IMG/VR virus record: IMGVR_UViG_3300032323_003295 | Location: 28,490 to 92,489 of that record | Reading direction: 5' to 3' (one strand) | Source of the DNA: a virus | Lineage: Duplodnaviria; Heunggongvirae; Uroviricota; Caudoviricetes | Length of the DNA stretch: 64,000 nucleotides | In this document: piece by piece, positions 58,136 to 64,000 of the stretch | How positions within the stretch are numbered: position 1 is the stretch's first letter | Layout of the letters: each line of letters starts with the position of its first letter | Notes under the pieces: generated by a model | The model's database searches: none | What the model was told of the DNA's origin: nothing | What the model saw: only the letters and a program-made list of their open reading frames with translations | Translations under genes and position numbers: made by a program

Positions 58136-58936
58136 ATGAAGGAGTGTAAGTATTGTGGATTTACAACAGAAAATGGATTAAAACTTGGTGGACATATTAC
58201 AAATTGTAAATTAAATCCAAATTATAAAATTAGATGTAGTAAATTAAGTGAAATTGGTAAAAATAGAAAATTATCAGATGAAACTAGAAAAAAAATATCA
58301 AATAGTAGAAAAGAATATTTAAAAAATAATCCTGATAAAGTTCCTTACCTATTAAATCATAGTAGAAATGAATCATATCCTGAGAAATATTTTACTGAGG
58401 TTTTTTTAGATAAAAATATTAATATAACAAAATCCTACAGAATTGGATTGTATGAATTAGACTTTTGTATTTTAGATAAGAAAATAGATATAGAGGTTGA
58501 TGGTAGTCAACACTATTTAGATAATAAAATTATTGAAAGTGATAAAAGAAGAAATAAATATTTAGAAGACTTAGGTTGGGATATAATTAGAATAAAATGG
58601 AGTGAGTATCAATTATTGAACAAGGATTCTAAAAAGTATTTTATTGATAGTTTAATACTTTATATAAATGGATTAGTAGAAAACAAACCAACATTTGAAC
58701 TATTAGATAATAAAAAGTATTGTGAATGTGGTATAGAAATATATAAACGTTCTAAAATGTGTTCTAAATGTGATTCATTTAAACAAAGAAAGGTTGAAAG
58801 ACCTTCATTATACCAACTATTAAAAGATATAAAAGAAACAAACTATGTCTCAACTGGTAAAAAATATGGTGTTAGTGATAACACTATAAGAAAATGGATA
58901 AAGAAATATAATGCGGATTTAGCTGAGACGGTTTAG
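58136..58936 (+). CDS. Homing-endonuclease-like protein: Zn finger + NUMOD3 + DUF559 (PD-(D/E)xK, Vsr-like) nuclease + Zn ribbon + C-terminal HTH
   Basis: N-terminal CKYCGF...GGHITNC. NUMOD3-type GKNRKLSDETRKKISNSRKEY. DUF559 core YRIGLYELDFCILDKKIDIEVDGSQHY...DKRRNKYLEDLGWDIIRIKWSE. CECG...CSKC ribbon. HTH TNYVSTGKKYGVSDNTIRKWIKKY. It sits inside the tRNA array and its last ~24 nt overlap the next tRNA. Confidence 0.7.
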   Translation: MKECKYCGFTTENGLKLGGHITNCKLNPNYKIRCSKLSEIGKNRKLSDETRKKISNSRKEYLKNNPDKVPYLLNHSRNESYPEKYFTEVFLDKNINITKSYRIGLYELDFCILDKKIDIEVDGSQHYLDNKIIESDKRRNKYLEDLGWDIIRIKWSEYQLLNKDSKKYFIDSLILYINGLVENKPTFELLDNKKYCECGIEIYKRSKMCSKCDSFKQRKVERPSLYQLLKDIKETNYVSTGKKYGVSDNTIRKWIKKYNADLAETV

Positions 58937-58984
58937 CGTATGGTTGAAGCCCATAAGAGGTCGGTTCGATTCCGTCAGTCCGCA
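58913..58984 (+). tRNA. tRNA, anticodon GAA (Phe-like; second copy)
   Basis: Acceptor GCGGATT/AGTCCGC, anticodon stem TATGG/CCATA with loop TTGAAGC, T arm GTCGG-TTCGATT-CCGTC (one mismatch). The 5' end overlaps the upstream CDS. Confidence 0.5.
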
Positions 58985-58993
58985 CAAAAAATT

Positions 58994-59085
58994 AGTCTGA
59001 TAATGTAGTGGTAACATTATGTAGTCGATCCAGATTTTTCTGGGGTATCTTCCGCTCATCACAGGTTCGATTCCTGTTCAGACTA
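58994..59085 (+). tRNA. tRNA-like element of aberrant length (92 nt), anticodon undetermined
   Basis: Perfect 7-bp acceptor AGTCTGA/TCAGACT, D arm ATGT-AGTGGTA-ACAT and canonical T arm ACAGG-TTCGATT-CCTGT. About 25 extra nt lie between the D arm and the T arm, including hairpin TCCAGA-TTTT-TCTGGG. No standard 7-nt anticodon loop could be placed. Confidence 0.4.
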
Positions 59086-59289
59086 CTAAAAGTTGTTTTG
59101 TAACAAACAAAACACTACTAAAAATAAATAAAACAAAGAATAAAATTTTAATATATAAGTTATGAAAACAATTATAAGTACTCACATAGTGAGAGTGCAA
59201 AGCACTACATCGTCAAGTTCATCAAGTCGCTCAAGTAAATTGAGGGAGGATCTTGTGTATTCATAATTTTTTTAAGTAAAAGTTATATG

Positions 59290-59322
59290 AAACCCACAAA
59301 CCTCAAAGTTTGTGGGTTTTTT
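59290..59322 (+). terminator. Rho-independent terminator
   Basis: AACCCACAAAC-CTCAAA-GTTTGTGGGTT followed by a T7 run. Confidence 0.7.
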
Positions 59323-59326
59323 TATT

Positions 59327-59399
59327 GGTTCCATCGTTCAATTGGATAGGATAGGTCGCTACGAACGATCAGATATAGGTTCGAATCCTATTGGAATCA
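59327..59399 (+). tRNA. tRNA-Arg (anticodon ACG)
   Basis: Acceptor GGTTCCA/TGGAATC, anticodon stem GGTCG/CGATC with loop CTACGAA, T arm ATAGG-TTCGAAT-CCTAT. Confidence 0.7.
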
Positions 59400-59406
59400 C
59401 AAATAT

Positions 59407-59494
59407 GGAGAGTAACTGGCTGGATGAAGGCCTAGTTTTGAAAACTAGTAACTCGGAGAAATCTGGGTTGTGGGTTCGAGTCCCACACTCTCTT
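59407..59494 (+). tRNA. tRNA-Ser (anticodon TGA), long variable arm
   Basis: Acceptor GGAGAGT/ACTCTCT, anticodon stem CTAGT/ACTAG with loop TTTGAAA, variable-arm hairpin, T arm GTGGG-TTCGAGT-CCCAC. 88 nt. Confidence 0.65.
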
Positions 59495-59499
59495 CAAAA

Positions 59500-59587
59500 G
59501 GAAGGATAAACCAAGTTGGTCTATGGGTCGCAGTCTTGAAAACTGTTGGGGGTAACACCCGTGTGAGTTCAAGTCTCACTTCTTCCG
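59500..59587 (+). tRNA. tRNA-Ser (anticodon TGA, second copy), long variable arm
   Basis: Acceptor GGAAGGA/TTCTTCC (Ser-like), anticodon loop CTTGAAA, variable hairpin GGGGTAACACCC, T arm GTGAG-TTCAAGT-CTCAC. 88 nt. Confidence 0.6.
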
Positions 59588-59592
59588 CAATT

Positions 59593-59678
59593 AGTGAATA
59601 AACCATGATGGTGATTGGGTCTGCCTGGAAAGCAGTACATACGTTTAGATGTATAGAGTTCGATTCTCTTTTTCACTG
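59593..59678 (+). tRNA. tRNA-Ser (anticodon GGA), long variable arm
   Basis: D stem ACC/GGT, anticodon stem CTGC/GCAG with loop CTGGAAA, variable hairpin TACAT-ACGTTTAG-ATGTA, T loop TTCGATT. 86 nt. Confidence 0.6.
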
Positions 59679-59686
59679 CTAAATAT

Positions 59687-59772
59687 GGAGAGTAAACCTT
59701 GATGGTGATAGGGTCCGCCTGCTAAGCGAGACGTCCGGGAAACTGGATAGGATTCAATTTCCTTGCTCTCTT
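59687..59772 (+). tRNA. tRNA-Ser (anticodon GCT), long variable arm
   Basis: Acceptor GGAGAGT as in the 59407 tRNA, D stem ACC/GGT, anticodon stem CGC/GCG with loop CTGCTAA, variable hairpin TCCGG-GAAA-CTGGA, T loop TTCAATT. 86 nt. Confidence 0.6.
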
Positions 59773-59803
59773 CAACTTATATAAGTTCTTTAATATAAAT
59801 TAG

Positions 59804-60616
59804 ATGATAGATAAAGCAATATATTCACTTTGGACAAAACCAATGGATAACTTTCTACTTGGGTTTAATAGTGAGGAAATATTTATAAAATGTTTATCAA
59901 TTTCATTAGAAATGAGTAAGAAGTATTTTACTCATGTTGAATTGGTAACAGATATTAAAGGTAAAGAACTTTTGATTGATAAGTATAAATTACCATTTAC
60001 ATCAGTATCTATTGAATTAGAAGAAGCTCTTAAAAATATTGATTCTAAACATTGGGCTATTGGTAAAATATATGCCTGTAAGATACAGAAAGAACCATTT
60101 ATTCATATTGATAATGATGTAATTTGGTCAAAAAAACCTCATATTGACTTATTAAGTGCAGATGCTTGTTTTCAACAAAGTGAGGTTATGAAAGATGTAG
60201 GATTAGGTCATATACGTCCTTATATTAATCTTGTAAATAATTTTAGATTAGATTCAAAATATATAAATTGGGATTTTAAAGAATCTTATAATTGTGGTAT
60301 AATTGGATTTAATAGATTAGATATATTAGATATTTGGTGGAATGAAGCATTAAAATACATTGAATATATTGACAATTACAATATGGAATATGAGATAACA
60401 TCTTTAATTTTTGAGCAATTTTATATTACTAATTTATGTAATTATTTTAATTACAATGTTAAGTTGATTACTGATTTCTCATCAATAAATAATATTGAGG
60501 ATGCAGCAGGTATATTAGGATATACACATTTTGTATCTGATAGTAAAAAGACTAAAGAGAATGAATTAGTGATTGAGACCGTATATGATCATGTAATGAA
60601 TAAAAGAATAACTTAA
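59804..60616 (+). CDS. Hypothetical protein
   Basis: 270-aa ORF directly downstream of the tRNA array. Confidence 0.5.
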   Translation: MIDKAIYSLWTKPMDNFLLGFNSEEIFIKCLSISLEMSKKYFTHVELVTDIKGKELLIDKYKLPFTSVSIELEEALKNIDSKHWAIGKIYACKIQKEPFIHIDNDVIWSKKPHIDLLSADACFQQSEVMKDVGLGHIRPYINLVNNFRLDSKYINWDFKESYNCGIIGFNRLDILDIWWNEALKYIEYIDNYNMEYEITSLIFEQFYITNLCNYFNYNVKLITDFSSINNIEDAAGILGYTHFVSDSKKTKENELVIETVYDHVMNKRIT

Positions 60617-60646
60617 ATTCAACTAATCACCTGGTATGTCTATTGT

Positions 60647-61678
60647 TTAATACGAAATACTTGCAAAATTATTACCAACAATTACTAATTTGTTATCTCC
60701 ATAAGTAATTGCTTGACCTCTAGATGTTATACCACTTCGACCAGTCCACACATCAGCACTAGATGATGTTGTAATTCTTTGAACACCAACACCTGGATTA
60801 GTAAGTGCTTCTATACCAACAAATACTGCACTTATATCACAATAAACAAGTGATGATAATCTATTTGGTCCTATATTATCAACTGATGAAAAGGTGGTAG
60901 CTATAGATGTACTTTTTTGTTTATCTGTTGAAGTTAATGAACCTAATACATAAAGTCCTGCAACAGGACCACTAGATGCCCAACTAATAGCTCTAAAATT
61001 GCCTGATGTTGAAAGAGAAGTATTATTCCAATTTATACCATCTATTGAATAATAAACTTGATTTCCACTAAAGTTTGCATATATGAAATATCCATTATAA
61101 AAATGTATCTGACGAAAATTACTAGTAAATGGTAATACTGCAGAATTTAATACCCATGTAATTCCATCTGATGATACTAAAACATCAGTACTACTTCCAA
61201 ATTCATTTAGTACTACATAAATACCATTACCATAAGCTATATTTGAAGGTATAGTACTAGGATGTGTTTGTAATGTCCATGTAATACCATCAGGACTAGT
61301 CATAATTTGACTTGTACTAAACTCATTTGGGTTTGGGCGGTATCCTACTGCCACAAATAATCCACCACCATAAATGACACGAGAAAATCTTTTTCCAGAT
61401 GGGGTTGTTTGTAATGTCCAAGTTAAACCATTGGGACTGGTCATGACTGATTGAGTGTTTCCATTGATGACATCAATTGCAACAAAGGTACCATTTCCAT
61501 ATGCAACAGAATCCCAATTTCCAGAAGGAACACTCAGTGCGGATTCCCATGAAAATCCTGGTAGATATGGTTTTGTATTAACACTTTTTAAAGAAGCATT
61601 TATAGTAGGCTCTAAGCCGTTAAGTTTTTTAATTGTTGTTTTTGTAACTCCTATAATTTTCCCTGTAAAATTAGCCAT
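60647..61678 (-). CDS. BNR/Asp-box repeat (beta-propeller) protein, probable fibre-associated
   Basis: Repeated SxDGxTW motifs (TSPNGLTWTLQT, TSPDGITWTLQT, SSDGITWVLNS, SIDGINWNNTS) alternating with IAYGNGxFVAV-type strands. Confidence 0.6.
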   Translation of the reverse strand: MANFTGKIIGVTKTTIKKLNGLEPTINASLKSVNTKPYLPGFSWESALSVPSGNWDSVAYGNGTFVAIDVINGNTQSVMTSPNGLTWTLQTTPSGKRFSRVIYGGGLFVAVGYRPNPNEFSTSQIMTSPDGITWTLQTHPSTIPSNIAYGNGIYVVLNEFGSSTDVLVSSDGITWVLNSAVLPFTSNFRQIHFYNGYFIYANFSGNQVYYSIDGINWNNTSLSTSGNFRAISWASSGPVAGLYVLGSLTSTDKQKSTSIATTFSSVDNIGPNRLSSLVYCDISAVFVGIEALTNPGVGVQRITTSSSADVWTGRSGITSRGQAITYGDNKLVIVGNNFASISY

Positions 61679-61692
61679 AATTTATTAATTTT

Positions 61693-64000
61693 TTAAGATA
61701 ATTCAACCCATGTACTATCAGGTGAGAAATAAAGAGTTCCACCTGAACCACTATCTGGTAATAAACAATATCCTATGATTCTTACAAATTCAGTTGTAGC
61801 AGAAGGTGCAGTTTCACTAAACTCACCAGATGTTGTGCTTAAAAATTGTATACCACCTATTGTCATTGAATTATAATATGTTGTAGAAGCTTTGTATATA
61901 CCTCTAAGCAGCATTCCATCACTTGCATCAGAACCTAGTGCAATTGCTAAAACTCCAGTAGCAGAAGAATTACTAGCATCTACAAGAGTCCAACCTGATC
62001 CACTTAAATAATGTATTGCATTTGGAGTAACTGTACCAGATTGTCCATACCAAATTATATTACCAGGTGAAATTTTTTCAACTTCTCCAGTAACATCATT
62101 TCTTGTTAGGATTGAATAAGATCCACCACTTGTAGTAGGTACTGTTGGTAATTGAACTTTACCTTTAAGGTATGTTTTGATTATACTATCATTACCTAAA
62201 GTAACTGTATTAGAACCATTACCATACGTATCATAACCAATTACTATTTGATTTGTTTGATTACTATCTTGTGCTCTTGCTAAATAACCTATATAAACTG
62301 AATTATCTGATATATGATTAAAAGCAGTAGAGGTTAAATTACCTGCTTCATGACCAAATGAGACATTATTACTACCAATTGTGTTATACCATAAAGATTT
62401 AAAACCTACTGCAGTATTGTTTTGTGCTGTTTGTAATGATGTAATTCCCACAGTAAATCCTGTTCCTGGGCCTATTTCACTTGCAGTAGATGTCATAATA
62501 GTTGAAGAAGTTGCAAATGTTCTACCTGATGTCTCTAAAGTAACTGAACTAATTGTACCTCCTGTACCAACAACTATTGTTGCAATTGGATAGTAGTCTA
62601 TTGAATTATTTGGAGCAACTCCACTCACTCCTGGTCCACTTGAATATTTTAATTGTACTCCTGAGTATGTTCCTGGTGTATATCCATTACCACCTGAAAA
62701 AGTTCCTAATACAGAGATACCGGTAGTGCTTCTGTGACCTGCTTCAAGACCAAGGGCTGTATGACAATTACCAGATGTGTTATAATATATTGCGGCATCA
62801 CCAATTGCTGTGTTCCATACTCCTGTTCTATTATTGAATAATGAATTTCTACCAAGACCTGTATTTTGATAACCTGTAGTATTATTTGGTAAAGCCTGCC
62901 AACCAATTCCAATATTATCAGCTCCTGTTGTATTGAAGTACATTGAATATTTACCAACTGCAGTATTATAATTTCCTGTTGTATTTGTTTGTAATGAACC
63001 TTGACCAACTGCAGTATTATCAGCTCCTGTTGTATTTGAATCCATAGTACCAGCCCCAACTGCAGTATTATTTGAACCTATTGTATTGCTTAATGCAACA
63101 GAACCAATTGCAGTATTATTTGAACCTGTTAATAATGATCCTATACCTACTTCAAATCCACCTCCTGTTCCACCTAAAAATGAATTACTTATAGTCATTT
63201 TTGTAGTGGAATCTATAAATCCTGAACCTTCACTACCTACTAGTACTGTTACTGATATAACTTCTCCAGAACCATTAACTACAATGTCTGCCTTAGGATA
63301 TGAGAGTGCTTCACTTCCAGTTGCATAAATTAATTGACGACCTAAATATGTACCTGGTACATAACCACTACCAGGTGTTATTACTCCAAATGTATTAATT
63401 ACAGTTGTACTATTCAAGAGTGAGTTATTACCAACTGCAGTATTAGATGTACCAATAGTATTAAAAGATAATGAGTTATAACCAACTGCAGTATTACTAT
63501 TACTTCTATTATATCTTAAAGAATTTGCACCAATTCCAATATTGAATTGACCAATTCTATTCTGATTTAAAGATTGATGCCCTATTGCAACATTAAATGA
63601 ACCTGTTGTGTTTACTGATAAAGCACTTGCACCAAATGCAGTATTTCTACTACCTGTAGTGTTTGTACCTAATGTCATAAGACCAAATGCAGTATTAGTA
63701 GAAATATTACCTCTACCTCTGTTATAAACATAACCATCTTCATCAACTATTAAAGAAACAGTTCCACCAGATGATGAGACTAAAAATCTACTATTTATTA
63801 TACTTCCTGTACCAACACTTAAAACTCCAGTTCTTACACTTGAATATGTTCCTATAGAAACATTACCTGATACTGTAGCACCACTTGTTGTAGTAATAAA
63901 CTTAAACTCTGTTTCAGATTCATCCCATATAAATGCTTGAGTATCTGAACTTCCTCTATTAATAAATAAACCAGCATCATATGTAGGTACTCCTGATTGA
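61693..64000 (-). CDS. Tail fibre protein with phage tail-fibre repeats; N-terminal end lies outside the window
   Basis: Repeats NTAFGASAL..NTTGSFNVAIGHQSL...NTAVGYNSL..NTAVGNNSL match the phage tail-fibre repeat NxAxGxxAL..N..G. The frame stays open from the listed Met (63678) to nt 64000 without a stop and with fibre-like sequence, so the CDS is partial. Confidence 0.7.
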   Translation of the reverse strand, partial: QSGVPTYDAGLFINRGSSDTQAFIWDESETEFKFITTTSGATVSGNVSIGTYSSVRTGVLSVGTGSIINSRFLVSSSGGTVSLIVDEDGYVYNRGRGNISTNTAFGLMTLGTNTTGSRNTAFGASALSVNTTGSFNVAIGHQSLNQNRIGQFNIGIGANSLRYNRSNSNTAVGYNSLSFNTIGTSNTAVGNNSLLNSTTVINTFGVITPGSGYVPGTYLGRQLIYATGSEALSYPKADIVVNGSGEVISVTVLVGSEGSGFIDSTTKMTISNSFLGGTGGGFEVGIGSLLTGSNNTAIGSVALSNTIGSNNTAVGAGTMDSNTTGADNTAVGQGSLQTNTTGNYNTAVGKYSMYFNTTGADNIGIGWQALPNNTTGYQNTGLGRNSLFNNRTGVWNTAIGDAAIYYNTSGNCHTALGLEAGHRSTTGISVLGTFSGGNGYTPGTYSGVQLKYSSGPGVSGVAPNNSIDYYPIATIVVGTGGTISSVTLETSGRTFATSSTIMTSTASEIGPGTGFTVGITSLQTAQNNTAVGFKSLWYNTIGSNNVSFGHEAGNLTSTAFNHISDNSVYIGYLARAQDSNQTNQIVIGYDTYGNGSNTVTLGNDSIIKTYLKGKVQLPTVPTTSGGSYSILTRNDVTGEVEKISPGNIIWYGQSGTVTPNAIHYLSGSGWTLVDASNSSATGVLAIALGSDASDGMLLRGIYKASTTYYNSMTIGGIQFLSTTSGEFSETAPSATTEFVRIIGYCLLPDSGSGGTLYFSPDSTWVELS

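Noticed and set aside
55656-59326. tmRNA (ssrA) candidate in noncoding regions near the tRNA arrays
   Set aside because: I found no acceptor-stem, T-arm and tag-ORF (…AA-stop) combination on either strand. Only tRNA-like fragments are present.
41740-63328. Nested small ORFs 41740..41928, 41930..42136, 45061..45363, 45664..45888, 46820..47059, 48273..48638, 49963..50160, 51073..51357, 52940..53158, 56215..56574, 61455..61688, 62381..62593, 62706..63059 and 63086..63328
   Set aside because: All lie inside or antisense to larger supported genes, with low-complexity translations. Treated as non-coding.
1-64000. Eukaryotic giant-virus (Mimivirus-like) origin, suggested by collagen-like genes, NAD+ ligase, tRNAs, thioredoxin and AT-richness
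   Set aside because: Bacterial-type sigma factor, SmpB, S1 and L7/L12 modules, Dam methylase, rho-independent terminators, phage tail collar and tail-fibre repeats, and a T4-like gp46 ATPase all point to a bacteriophage.
1-64000. CRISPR arrays, integrase/transposase genes, prophage att sites
   Set aside because: No regularly spaced direct repeats with unique spacers were seen, and no tyrosine or serine recombinase or transposase motifs were recognised. The region reads as contiguous virulent-phage-like genome rather than an integrated island.

Overview
AT-rich window (my rough estimate is under 30% GC) with dense coding in alternating strand blocks, no Shine-Dalgarno sequences, rho-independent terminators and two tRNA arrays. 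The gene content looks like a huge (jumbo) bacteriophage rather than a cellular chromosome or a eukaryotic giant virus. Three strand blocks are structural: 1-3749 (+), 10886-24338 (-) and 37288-45485 (-). They hold collagen-like fibre proteins, a tail-collar domain protein, two ~1,760-1,780 aa repeat-rich fibre/adhesin proteins, an FN3+Hint autoprocessing protein, a BNR-repeat protein and a tail-fibre-repeat protein. They are interleaved with accessory and early-type modules. The accessory content is dominated by host-translation parts: SmpB, an S1-domain protein, an L7/L12 C-terminal-domain-like protein, a GatB/YqeY-domain protein, a CCA-adding-enzyme-like nucleotidyltransferase, thioredoxin, a sigma-70-family factor and about 14 tRNA or tRNA-like genes. 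Other accessory genes are NAD-dependent DNA ligase, a Sir2 deacetylase, an HD hydrolase, Dam methyltransferase, an M16 peptidase, a Toprim protein, a CoaE-like kinase, a flotillin-like SPFH protein, a Rad50/gp46-like ATPase and a J-domain protein. Two homing-endonuclease-like genes are present: a LAGLIDADG gene next to smpB, and a ZnF/NUMOD3/DUF559 gene inside the tRNA array. Several signals point to a Bacteroidetes (Flavobacteriia) host: no SD sequences, TAnnTTTG-like elements, an ECF-like sigma factor and a Bacteroidetes-style signal peptide. The most interesting things I found are a T4-capsid-targeting-sequence-like N-terminal motif shared by 6-7 otherwise unrelated proteins, a translation-hijack gene set containing SmpB with no detectable tmRNA, and a tRNA array that appears duplicated and partly degenerate and is interrupted by a homing endonuclease. 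The others are a novel WxNGxFxxGxF decapeptide tandem repeat in a 1,760-aa fibre protein and a conserved upstream motif AAAATAAAT-N6-8-GAATAAAA. All calls come from reading the sequence and ORF translations; no database searches were run.
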